Of a stretch of 64,000 bases of DNA, positions 1-12,414 are shown piece by piece. The notes under the pieces were generated by a model, which did not search any database, was not told the DNA's origin, and was given only the letters and a program-made list of their open reading frames with translations. Position 1 is the stretch's first letter. Every line of letters begins with the position of its first letter. Made by a program: the position numbers and the translations under genes. This DNA comes from Blepharisma stoltei ATCC 30299 (lineage: Eukaryota; Protista; Ciliophora): contig CBFDEM010000047.1 in assembly GCA_965603825.1 (NCBI GenBank), forward strand, positions 783,310 through 847,309. The letters run 5' to 3'.

Positions 1-1078
1 TTTCCCTGCATTTAAGCAGCTCATTTTGCTCTTTGGCGAGCTTTTCTTCTAAAGCTTTGAATTCTTTATAAAAGGACCTTTCATTGGTTTCTCCTTCTAT
101 AAGCAAAAGTTCTTTAAGCTCATTTCGTGATTTTTCATTTTCTGCTTTCAGGTCATCCAGAGTTTTTTCGGCTTCTGAGATGCTTTGCATGAGCTGTTGA
201 TGGACTTCTTCACGGGTCAGGAATTTTTGGACGATGTCTTTTACGTTGGACAGACCTGTAGCTGCACGGATTTTTTGGAAGGCTTCTTCGACCTCTGCAG
301 CACTTTGCCATTCTTTTTCAAGTTTCCATCGTAAATACATATACCAAAACCTGTTTATAAGAAGCTGCTCTTTCATCTGGATTTCTTGGCTGTCTCTATC
401 TTCATTTGCAGCAGCTTCTGCAATTTCGGCTTGTCTTTTCAGTCTTTCTTGTCGTCTTTCTGATGCGTCTTTTCTCATTTTTACGCTTCTTTCGAGCTGC
501 TGCACTCTTTCTTCTTTTTTTCTTTTTTCAAATTCTAAATTTGCTTTTAGCTCTTGTAAGAATTTTTTTGACTGGTGATTTAGCTCTTTGTTTTTCCTGG
601 ATTTTTCTTTTTCGCTTTCTAACTCCATCTTGGACGATTTTAAGGTATGGCTCAGATGGTTAGAGGTGACTTGGAGATTGACTTTTTCTAAATTCATTCT
701 GTTGAGCATGTGCTCATAGCTTTTCTTGTTAAGAAGCTCTTCTTCTACTTTCATATGAGTCAGTTCTAAAGCAGTTTCGAGCTGTTCTATTCTTTGGTTG
801 ATACTCCGCTCGTCCATTTCGGTGACTTCTGCAACTGTTCCTAGCTTTTCCAGCTCTTTTTTAGATCTTTCAAGCTGGTGCCGCTTTAAAGAGTTTTCTC
901 TTTTGGTTTGGTCATGCTTTTTGCGGATCATTGTCAGTTGCATTGAAATTTCTCGCATTTCGTCGTCTTTGTGGATGTCGATGTTGTCCCCACCGTCGCT
1001 GTACATGCTTGAGTCCTGCTGAGTGATCAGGAATTTCAGTGGAGCCTTTTTTTGAGGAGATTTTTTGGTCTCGGCCAT
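1..1078 (-). CDS. Coiled-coil protein, outer dynein arm docking complex-like (ODA-DC/CCDC151/CCDC114 family); 3' end lies outside the window
   Basis: Open frame from ATG at 1078 (MAETKKSPQKK...) runs off the window start, so it is absent from the ORF track. E/K-rich heptads and the motif EEAFQKIRAATGLSNVKDIVQKFLTREE resemble ODA-DC subunits. Confidence 0.65.
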   Translation of the reverse strand, partial: MAETKKSPQKKAPLKFLITQQDSSMYSDGGDNIDIHKDDEMREISMQLTMIRKKHDQTKRENSLKRHQLERSKKELEKLGTVAEVTEMDERSINQRIEQLETALELTHMKVEEELLNKKSYEHMLNRMNLEKVNLQVTSNHLSHTLKSSKMELESEKEKSRKNKELNHQSKKFLQELKANLEFEKRKKEERVQQLERSVKMRKDASERRQERLKRQAEIAEAAANEDRDSQEIQMKEQLLINRFWYMYLRWKLEKEWQSAAEVEEAFQKIRAATGLSNVKDIVQKFLTREEVHQQLMQSISEAEKTLDDLKAENEKSRNELKELLLIEGETNERSFYKEFKALEEKLAKEQNELLKCRE

Positions 1079-1211
1079 ATGATTATTATAACTATAATAA
1101 AATTTTTATCATGTTTAGGACATTTATATAAAGCATTTTAAATAAAAAGCAGGTAATTATGATACTAAAAGTGATTAAATATATTGTTTATTGATAATGC
1201 ATTAATTAGGT

Positions 1212-1649
1212 TTACACAATTTCTAAGTCGCAAAGATTTCAGTCTTCATATGAACCATCTGGAAGGTATCTTCTGACTATAAAAGGAAGCTTTTTATTTA
1301 TGAGCTCTTTATAGGCGATCTCTAATGGATCAGTTTCATTAGGATCAAGCTGAACAAAAATTGGAGCGTTTTGGCTAATCTGGGAAGCTCTTGCTCCGAG
1401 AACTCTAGTTTTTTCGTACTTTGAAAGATACGACGGGGTGTATCTAATTACTTTTGTTTCAGGAATAGCCTTTGCTAAAGTGGTATCTTCGTTTATCTCG
1501 CTTTCAGAGTCGCTTTTTTCTGAGTTTGTCTCACTTTTTTCTGAGTTAGAATTATTTTCCTCTGAGTTCTGCTCGCTTTTTTCCGAAATAGCGCATTCAT
1601 CTATTTTTTCCTCGATTTGCTCACAGTCACTAAGATCTTCGTCTGACAT
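1212..1649 (-). CDS. RPB6: DNA-directed RNA polymerase I/II/III subunit RPB6
   Basis: Motifs [19 protein letters not shown] and [17 protein letters not shown]. The conserved W is TGA at 1239-1241 and the frame continues to TAA at 1212. Confidence 0.95.
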
Positions 1650-1918
1650 TTTTATAAGCTAATATTATTAATATCCCGCCATCATAAATGTTTAATCTTC
1701 TGATTGTTTTAACAAATTTAGTACTATCTTTAAAGCTTAATTCAATAGCAGTTATTTTTGCTGTTTTAAGCTATCCTTTTTTATCATTTTTCTTTTAGCA
1801 GCTACACTTTATTCTGTTACTGCTTATTGTATCTTTCAACTTCCTCAAAAATCTCTCTCCAAAGCCTTCAAAATCAATTTTCTTTCTTTTTTGAAGCTAT
1901 CGTATCATATTTAAATAC

Positions 1919-3457
1919 ATGGAAAGTGCATCAATCCAAGAAATCGTGCAAAAAGGCTGCCGTTTAGGCGATATTCCGCTATTAAAAGAAGTTTTTAAAT
2001 CTCATCCTCAATTTCTAAACCAAACAGACACTCAGCTTGGCTGAACACCTTTATACCGCACTGTTATATGTGGCCACGAGTCTGCAACTCGATTATTATT
2101 GAACCTCGGCGCAGACCCTGACGTGAAGTCCAAAATAGGTGAAACCCCGCTCCATCAGGCTGCTTATAACAGCCAATACTCTATCGCCAAACTTCTACTC
2201 GATTACAAGGCAAATCCAAACGCCCAGCAAAATGATGGCGACACTCCTCTTCACCACGCAGCTTTCAAAGGTGATTTTTCAATGGCGAAATTACTATTAA
2301 AGTACAATAGCAGTCCAAATATCCCAAATACAGTTTTTGGTAGGACTCCTTTACATTATGCAGTGGATTATGGTCATTCAAAAATAGTAAAACTATTCAT
2401 AAAACATAATGCGGTCACTGATATTGAAGATATTGGTGAAAAAACGCCAATGGATCTGACGACCAACACTGATATGATTTCTATCCTTCTAAAATCAAAG
2501 GAGCCTTCAGAACTGGCAAGCTCTATAGATAACTCATTTAACTCTATTTCAAGTATTGATGCAAATCCGAACTACTCTCAGCAGTTTAATAGCAAATTTT
2601 CCTTTATTTCTCAGACTTCAAATTATAATTATGAAAAAGGCTTGGATTTATATGAAGAAAAGACTGATAAATATGCAGAAAATACTGAAAAAACGCTTGA
2701 TGTAGCTAGCATCCCTTATCATGGTAGAAGTGTAAGCTCTTTATTTGAGCCAGACGCAGAAAAATCATATAGTGATGTAAGGCCTTCTAATCTATTGACA
2801 GACAGAGCAAGAATAATCTCTTTTGGTGGAAATGATAAAAAATCTGCCCTCTATAGCTGGATTTCCAGTGTAAAGCTTGAAGGGATTTTTGATACTTTAA
2901 TATCTGGCGGATATGACGATTTAGGCCAAATGATAGCCAGTATGAAAACTTCGCTTCCAATTACAGAAAGAATGCTTTCAGAAATAGGAATCAAAAAACC
3001 TGGGCTTAGAAGACGGCTTCTAGCCGCATTAGATGAAGAAGCCAAATCCTTCCCTAAAAAAGGAAAAACCCAAGAAAGCAACCCTTTCCAATGCTGGGCA
3101 GCCTCATCCAGTAACACAGGTCTGATTAATTTACAGAACCTCAAACAATGACTCGAGAAACTTAACCTTTCTCACCTACATAAGTCCTTTGTAGACGCAG
3201 GCTACGACGACATGGAGCATAACCTCGCCCTCATGAATTCCAGCTGGTTCATAACTGATGACATTTTACTAAACGACATAAAAATCACAAAACCAGGACA
3301 TAGGCACAGGATTTTATCAAAGCTTAAAGAAGAATGCATAGGCTTTGAAACGATGAAGAAAAATAACGGAAGACCGAGCTTCAAAAAATGCGCAGAAGGC
3401 TTAATAATTGAAAAATCGTCCACTTCTTCGGCTTGTGGGATGTGCTTGCTAATGTAA
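1919..3457 (+). CDS. Ankyrin-repeat and tandem SAM-domain protein with C-terminal CaaX
   Basis: ATG at 1919. Ankyrin motifs G(W=TGA 2042)TPL, GETPLH, GDTPLH and GRTPLH. Two SAM-like segments (WISSVKLEG..F...GYDD and W(TGA 3149)LEKLNL...F...GYDD..KPGHRHRIL). Ends CLLM-TAA. Confidence 0.85.
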
Positions 3458-3513
3458 TTATATTTATTTTTAACTTCAGATTTAGATTAATATATCCAAA
3501 TTGAAGTGGAAAA

Positions 3514-4836
3514 ATGGGTAGTACTTTTTTCGCTATAATTGGTAAAAATATGAATAAAGTTATTGATGAAAACTTGAAGCAGCCGAATATTAAGAAGAAA
3601 AAAATAGGCTCAAAGATTATAAAATCCAAAAAGCTATTTGATAGGTGAAGATTTTTTAGGCTGCTTTCTTCAATAATCGCCTGTGTAGCGATATTCCCAG
3701 CATCTTCAGATTACGAGATGGGATTTTCTGAAGAAAGAACAGCAACAAACTGCATGATTGTGGAGGACAGTTCAGTTTTGTACAGACATTTAGCTATGTG
3801 GCTTAGCTTTTCAAGTATTTTACTATTAATCCCTTATAGATATTATTTCCTCAAGTGAAAGCGGCATATGCCCAAAACCTTTCACGAGCTCCCTTCCTAC
3901 AAAAAGCTGACCTTGATGCAGGTCTTTGAAATGCGAAAAAAGCCTAAATTCTCCCAATATATAGGAGATGACACAATCCCTATCACAATTTTACTTCTGA
4001 TTTTGCCATATCCAGGATTAGATCTGACCTTTACAGTTTCCCAACAAATTCTTTACCAAGACGTAAAAGTCTGCTACTTTGTGACTGAGCCTTTATATGC
4101 CTTAATGTTCCTGCGGTGGATTTATCTAATTTTTTCCCTATTCAACTTTGGGAAATACAACAACCAAGTAGCTCAAAGGTACAGAGAAAAGTTTGGCGTC
4201 CCAATGACCCCAGCTTTTTCGCTGAAATGTTACCTAAACCAAGACCCTCTGCTTATGCTTTTATTTTTTTTCCTGATCCCAGGAATCCTTATATTTGGAT
4301 CAGTGATGAGAATTTTTGATAGGCCTCTTATGAAGCCGAGCATGGACTTTGACTATGTTGGGAACGCTTGATGAAATTCAGTGATTACCATGATGACGGT
4401 AGGATTTGGGGACACTTATCCTACCACAATCCTAGGCAGACTTGTCAGCGCTTCCAGTGCTATATATGGAGGTATGGTGCTGTCTTTTACTTTTGTGTCT
4501 ATGGGATCAATCCTTCAGCTTTCCAAAAACGAAAAAAACGCATTTAATTATATTTTGGTAAGTTCTGCTGCAACCGGGGCTATTGTTTCAGCACTTTCTT
4601 ATAAAAAATCAGAACAAAAAAATATAGAAGAGAGATATAACGCCTGGGAAAGGGTAAAAACACATCTGAGGTATTTTATGGATTACAAAGAAATAATAGG
4701 TGCAGATAAAGATGAAGGAGAAGAAGCCATTGACAATTTGAAAGAAAGGGTGTTAAGCTTAGAGGACAAAGTGAGTAGCCTAAAAGGGACTACTGACGCA
4801 ATAATTCATAAACTTAATCGTATTTACACTAGGTAA
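3514..4836 (+). CDS. Potassium channel (6TM, SK/KCNN-like)
   Basis: Pore helix and filter NA-W-W-NSVITMMTVGFGDTYP, with WW encoded TGA TGA at 4369-4374. Hydrophobic helices and a C-terminal coiled coil. Single frame from ATG 3514 (alternative 3550). Confidence 0.85.
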
Positions 4837-4866
4837 AATTATGCCCATTTAAGACAAACTCTTAAA

Positions 4867-6435
<1,569 letters not shown>

Positions 6436-6959
6436 TTAGGAATGTGGGAAATGAAATTTCTTGGATTAATTTGTATTGTGCTTATGGGAGAGGATAATTT
6501 TGAGAGACAGGCAAGGATTGTGCATAGTTATTTAAGGAAATTTGAATAGGAATCATTATGAAAGAGAAAGAAGATTGATATAAGGAAAATGAAACCATTA
6601 ATGGAAGCGATATTGATCAAATGGGCATTTTCGTTATTATCTAACTACTAGATGTTTAAAATTGCTACTTGTGAAAAATTTAAATTAATTGTTTTAGATG
6701 TTTTCAAATTCTATCAAATTCAATTAATATTATCAAAAATTTTGTGTGCTCTCATCTCAGTTGCATAAAAAAATGTGTTGCAATACAGTAGTTTGCTCTC
6801 TTAATTATTTCTTATATTCAACATAAATATAAATTATATTATCGATGAAATAATCCCAATTGATTAAATCATGATTTTTAAAAATTAAATCAGATTTTAA
6901 ATCAATTATTCAAATAAGCAGATTATCTTGCGTAATATATTTTTATAGAAATAATAAAA

Positions 6960-7889
6960 TTACTCACTGCCTCTATATAAGCTTCGATTTTCTCTTCCAA
7001 TAGCTGCACAGATTCAATTTGCAGTTTCTTCCAGCTTTTGCAAATCAAGGCCTGTTTCTACTCCTAGCTGGCTTAGCACATATACTACATCTTCTGTGGA
7101 CACATTCCCAGTTGCACCAGGCGCATATGGACATCCTCCTAAGCTTGCAATAGAGCTATCTACAATGCTAACTCCCATTTCTAGTCCAGTTAAGATATTC
7201 TGTATAGCTCTTCCATACGTATTGTGGCAATGAAGGGCTAATTTTTCAAGAGGGACTTCTTGTAAGACTTCATGGAGCATCGCTATTGTCTTCTCTGGTG
7301 TCCCAATTCCAATGGTATCTCCTAACGAGATTTCATAGCATCCTATTTCATTTAATCTCTTAGCTACCTGTCTTACAGCTGCAGGATCTATATCTCCTTC
7401 AAAAGGGCATCCCATTACACAGGAGACATATCCTCGGACTTGAACATTATTATCATTGGCTTTTTCCATAATAGGCAAAAATCGTCTGATACTTTCTTCA
7501 ATGCTGCAATTGATATTTTTTTGGCAAAAAGTTTCGCTTGCCCCTGTGAAAACTGCAACTTCTTTGGCCCCTGCTTGGATTGCTGCATCGTACCCTTTCA
7601 TGTTTGGGGTCAGAACTGGATAACTAATTCCTTCGAATTTTTGTATCTGTTGGAATACCTGATAATTGTCAGCCATTTGTGGAACTGCTTTTGGAGAAAC
7701 AAAACTTGTGACTTCAATAGATTTATAGCCACATTGGCTTAGTCTGTTGATAAACTGGACCTTTGTGTCTGTAGAAACCACACTTTTTTCATTCTGCAGA
7801 CCGTCCCTCGGGCCCATTTCTTTAATTGTCACGAAGCTTGGGAATCTTCTCCCTCTATACTGTGTAATGATTTCTCTAAGAGACCTCAT
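6960..7889 (-). CDS. HMGCL: Hydroxymethylglutaryl-CoA lyase
   Basis: Motifs EMGPRDGLQNE, ALHCHNTYG and GGCPYAPGATGNVSTED. TGA at 7014 read as Trp; TAA at 6960. Confidence 0.95.
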
Positions 7890-7910
7890 TTTTATTAATT
7901 TCCTAATTAA

Positions 7911-9326
7911 TTAAAGATCAGTTTTAGCTTTTCCTGCTGTAGGTCCTTGAAGTAGGAATTCTATTAGTCCATTAGCAGATCTCTCCCCAGTGTAATCTAC
8001 TGGCGTTCTCTGGCCAGCTATGAAAAACTTAAGGGTTGGGTAGCTTTGGATTTCTATATCTTTGGCTTCGTTTTTAATTGCATCCATTTTCGCTATGATT
8101 ATATTTTCTTTATTTTTCAAATAAACTGCTAATTTTTCATATTCAGGAGCAAACTCTTTGCAGTGTTCACACCAAGGGGCATAAAATTCCACTAATACAT
8201 TTTTCCCTGAGTTATAGACAACCTCCTCGAAGTTTTTGCCGACCAAAACTCTGACCCCATTTTCATAAGGCTCCTCAGGAATAGGCTGTGACTTATAAAA
8301 TGGGACAGTTTCCCTTCTCTTGAATTTATTTATGAGTTTTCTTGTAGCTTCAAGCGAAAATGGCTCTTCTAGGAGAAACTTCAACATTCCTTCCACTGGG
8401 TGGAATATAAGAATAGCAGGCTGAGACTCAGGATAAATCCCTAAAAATTCGCTTAAAACTTCATTGTCCTTTTTCTTTAAATCTGTGGCTACAAAAGTTA
8501 GGTCACTTCTAAATTCTTTTGCGAGGGTTTGTAAAGTTTCCTCGTATTTTTCTGCATCTTCTTCAGCCCTGAAAAAGAACACGACTGAGTTTTTCCCTTT
8601 GAAAATGAATTCTAAGGCAAAATTGTTGAATGGGATAATTGCAGGCTTTTTGTAGTTTTCTACGAATTTGGTCATTTCAAAAGTATTGAACCCTCCTTTG
8701 TAATCAACCCTGCCATCGTCTGGGTTAAAAAGAGTCATTTGTTTTTCTTCCATCCCATAGTGTGTCAAGGCTTCTGGATCAGTTGAAACTAAAAAGGCAG
8801 GACCATCTATATTTTTGGCTATATGTTCATAAACTCCTAAATCAGTCGAATTTGGTAAAGCCCAAAGTATGACGCTTATTTTGTTATTCTCAATCTCACT
8901 TTTAAGCTTTTCTAAAGTGCTGATTTTTGTCATTGCAAAGCCTATTCTCTTTTTAATCCACGACACAATAGAAGCTGCATTCCCTCCTCCTGTATACTTG
9001 GTAGGCCTTTTATTGACAAAGAAAATGAATGATGGGAATTCTGTAATTTTATATTCCTGGGCAACTCCTGGGTTTACAAGAGAGTCCATAACTGCAATTC
9101 TGAATGGAGGGTCAAGCTCTTTTAGCACTCTTGCTGCTTTTACCAGTTCTGGAGCAAGCTGAATACAAAGTTCGCATCCTGGCTCATAAAATTCTACCAA
9201 TATTGTAGGCTGGATTTCCAGAGCAGCTGGAAAAGTTTTGTCGTCAAGAGACCAAACTCCATCAAGTTCAGCAATTTCTGCAAATACTCCAATTGCAAGA
9301 ACTAAAAAGTGCAGCTTGGAGCCCAT
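7911..9326 (-). CDS. Protein disulfide isomerase family protein (a-b-b'-a')
   Basis: Signal peptide from ATG 9326, thioredoxin sites CELC and WCEHC, C-terminal KTDL ER-retention-like signal. Confidence 0.9.
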   Translation of the reverse strand: MGSKLHFLVLAIGVFAEIAELDGVWSLDDKTFPAALEIQPTILVEFYEPGCELCIQLAPELVKAARVLKELDPPFRIAVMDSLVNPGVAQEYKITEFPSFIFFVNKRPTKYTGGGNAASIVSWIKKRIGFAMTKISTLEKLKSEIENNKISVILWALPNSTDLGVYEHIAKNIDGPAFLVSTDPEALTHYGMEEKQMTLFNPDDGRVDYKGGFNTFEMTKFVENYKKPAIIPFNNFALEFIFKGKNSVVFFFRAEEDAEKYEETLQTLAKEFRSDLTFVATDLKKKDNEVLSEFLGIYPESQPAILIFHPVEGMLKFLLEEPFSLEATRKLINKFKRRETVPFYKSQPIPEEPYENGVRVLVGKNFEEVVYNSGKNVLVEFYAPWCEHCKEFAPEYEKLAVYLKNKENIIIAKMDAIKNEAKDIEIQSYPTLKFFIAGQRTPVDYTGERSANGLIEFLLQGPTAGKAKTDL

Positions 9327-9356
9327 TTTATTCACTAGCTAATTAATAAAACACGC

Positions 9357-9827
9357 TTAGATATGGTTAGTATTTATTTGTGATGAAGAAAAAGGTGCTG
9401 GCACTGACCCTTCACTTGACTTGATATTTTTAGGGTTGTCGTCTTTGTCTATTAGCTTATTTTTGCAGGATAAAGCAAATACAAAGTATATTGCAGAAAT
9501 AGTAAAAAAAGCTATGGAAAGAATTAAGTATCATATATTGCTTGGATAAAAAATAATGGTCCCGAGGAAAAAGCAAAATATGGCTTTTCCAATGTAAAAA
9601 CCTAAAAATGAAAAGAAAGAAATAAAACACTTGCAGGGCATTTCGCCAAAAAATACAAGGAAGCCGAAAATGATATAGTAGACTGTTAAAGAAAAATCCC
9701 TAGGGCCTGAAAAAGAAAGTCTTGTAAACTTGTAGACTGAGAGTGCTATAAGCCCAATTCCTGCAATTATTGTCAGTATTTTTAAAAATGTCGAGAGTCG
9801 AACATCGCTGATTTCTTGGCCGACCAT
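9357..9827 (-). CDS. COPI-associated/TVP15-like Golgi membrane protein
   Basis: Four hydrophobic helices and the FSFLGFYIGKAIFCFFLG motif. TGA at 9531 read through to TAA at 9357. Confidence 0.7.
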
Positions 9828-10133
9828 ATCAGAATCTTTAATATAATTTAAGCATATTCGAGGCTCAATTAATATGGCTATGCAAATACCTATAATTTTA
9901 ATTTAAAATTAAATAAAAACTCAAGGTAGCCTAAATCTTTTAGCATATCTTTGTAGATTTTTAATAGATAATCGTCATATTGGCCTATTTTATGCTTACT
10001 AATAACTATTTATATAAGATATTCAGGATAATATCTATAATAAAAGATAAAAATTGAGTTTTATTTAAATTAAATCCTCCACAAAATTTAAAGTAAAATA
10101 GTAATCATTATTAAATATTGCTTTTGTGATTAA

Positions 10134-10778
10134 TTACAACTCATAATCATAAAAAATCATGAGAAGTGCAAGCGCTGCAAACACAAGAAACAGAACTCCA
10201 GCTGCAATTTTCACAGTCTTTTCTGAAATGTACTTTTCGATCAACTTCCCTACCAAAACTCCTATCAGTCCTATACAGGCGAATCCTATAATTGCCCCAA
10301 TCATTACCAATACAGGGTCACTTAGTGCTGACAGCGAAATAATCGTTGTATTTGACTTATCTCCCCACTCTGCAAAAAATACCATAACCGCTGTCTTCCA
10401 AAAGACCTTCATCCAGGACATTCGTTGTTCACTGTCTGCCAATAATGGGTCGTTTTTTTCGTCGACCATTTCACTTTCTCCATGATAAGCCTCATAAAAA
10501 GACAAAATAGCATAGACCAGGAACATCACGCAGGAGGCAATTTGGATGTAAAGAGGGTCGATAAGCTTGACGGCGGCTGCTCCGATAAAGGCTGCAATTA
10601 TAGCAATCACGCTCTCTGTGAGCTGGTTGCCAAAAAATACAGCTGACCTTGAGTTTTTCATTGCGAGAATTGCAATAATAAAGAAGGTACGGTCTCCGAT
10701 TTCAGCTAGAAAAACAGCTGCAAAGGAACTTGCGATTGCTTCGATAGAGCTTGGGGTTATTTCGGATGTAATTGCCAT
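10134..10778 (-). CDS. GDT1: GDT1/TMEM165 (UPF0016) Ca2+/Mn2+ transporter
   Basis: Two family motifs, AEIGDRT and AEWGDKS, in a duplicated 3-TM arrangement. Confidence 0.9.
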   Translation of the reverse strand: MAITSEITPSSIEAIASSFAAVFLAEIGDRTFFIIAILAMKNSRSAVFFGNQLTESVIAIIAAFIGAAAVKLIDPLYIQIASCVMFLVYAILSFYEAYHGESEMVDEKNDPLLADSEQRMSWMKVFWKTAVMVFFAEWGDKSNTTIISLSALSDPVLVMIGAIIGFACIGLIGVLVGKLIEKYISEKTVKIAAGVLFLVFAALALLMIFYDYEL

Positions 10779-11329
10779 TAAATTATATGCTAATTATTTG
10801 GTATGTTGAATTCTCCTATGCATTTTTATTATTACTGGATATAGTGCTGATTATTAGAGAATTTTGGGAAAGTCGTCACGCAAATGTGAGTTGACTGAAA
10901 ATGACTGAAAATTAGGATTTTAAGAATAATTAGAGCTAAGGAGGATTTAGCTAGAGCTTAGGATGGTTTCTCCAACTTTTGGGTGAACAGATAAGAGGAA
11001 TGAAGGGTTTGCTTGTAATAAAGCATAATTTTAGCTAAAAGCTTGAGATTCATCAACTGAATTCTTCAAATGATATAACCAAATTATCGCTAAAATTCAT
11101 TTCCAGAATAGTCTAAAATATTTGGTATAGACTTATATTTTAATTAATAATTTCTATTTACCTAGACAATTTAATTTGAAAAATCAGTATAATGATGCAG
11201 CTAATTATTATTTCGCAGCTTCTCAATCTTAAGTTATAGTTAAAAATAATGGTCCATCCCAATATCAATTATCTAGAATAATGGCACTTTCTATTTTATA
11301 TGATATATAATTAAGAAATTTATTATAAG

Positions 11330-11809
11330 CTACATAATAAGAGACGAAACCATTTTATGTGAACGTTTTGGTCTCAAAACGCTGGCCCTTTTATCAAAAT
11401 CTACAGCAGTCCCTAAATTTCGACTCCCTTTCAGCATGACTCTTAAATCTTCATCAAATAAAGACCTCAGCAGCCTTCTTTTTTTATTTAAAATAGAAAT
11501 TGTCTTTTTTTGAATATTTTTTTCACTTTTTTTAAAAATATTTGTCCCATAAATGACGCCATTCCTAAGCTTCTCTTGGCGACTTAATATATTTGAAAAA
11601 GTCCGCCTTTTTGAAGTATCTTCACAATTAATTGAGGGGAGTTTTGGAGTTACTGTACCAGAACTCGTCATATAGCATTTCTTTGTATCTTTTGATTTGT
11701 CTAGATAAGGGCTAGAAGTGTCATAGATTTTTCATTCTGTATAAGCTCTAACATGGTGGCTTGGCCTTCACGTCAGAAGCTGCTTATTAAAATTTTCCTT
11801 TTTAATCAT
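11330..11809 (-). CDS. Hypothetical basic protein
   Basis: Frame extends upstream from 11671 through two TGA codons to ATG 11809. No recognisable domain. Confidence 0.5.
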
Positions 11810-11840
11810 CTATTTATGGAATCAATTTTTCGCATATTAA

Positions 11841-12407
11841 ATGCTAGCCAAATCTATAGTCCGGCTGTTCTCAAAGTCATATTACGAGCTTTTGGAGGTC
11901 GAAAAGACTGCTGATAAGCAAGCTATTAAGGCAGCCTATTATAAGCATGCGAAGATTCACCATCCGGACGCACAAAATTCAGACCCAGAAATATTTAAAG
12001 AGTATGCAGAAGCATATAATACATTGATTGATGAGGATAAGCGATATCAGTATGATATAGATAATGGCTTTTTAGATGCTATGGATGTAGATAGAATGGA
12101 AGAGCTTAAAGAAAAATTCGGAACTAGATACCCTGAAAAAGCATTATGAGAAAATTTAAAAAAATGAGACACACAGCTGGTAGAAGAGCTTGACAAAGAC
12201 ACTTGGACTTTACCAAAGCTGTTATGGAGGCTAAGGAAATCTAAGGTTAATAAAGCTTCTGCAGCTCCTGAAAAAACTGGGTTAGACTCATTATCGAATT
12301 TCAGGTTGGCTGCATTATCAAGCTTAATTGTTGGCTTTGCAATTACATATAACAGCTCAATTTGGGTGATTGAAAACTATATTTATCCTACTAAAGTAAA
12401 TAAATAA
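11841..12407 (+). CDS. DnaJ-domain protein, probably mitochondrial, with C-terminal TM segment
   Basis: J-domain with HPD (IHHPD) and a presequence-like N-terminus. Two TGA codons read as Trp; TAA at 12405-12407. Confidence 0.85.
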
Positions 12408-12414
12408 CATATAT

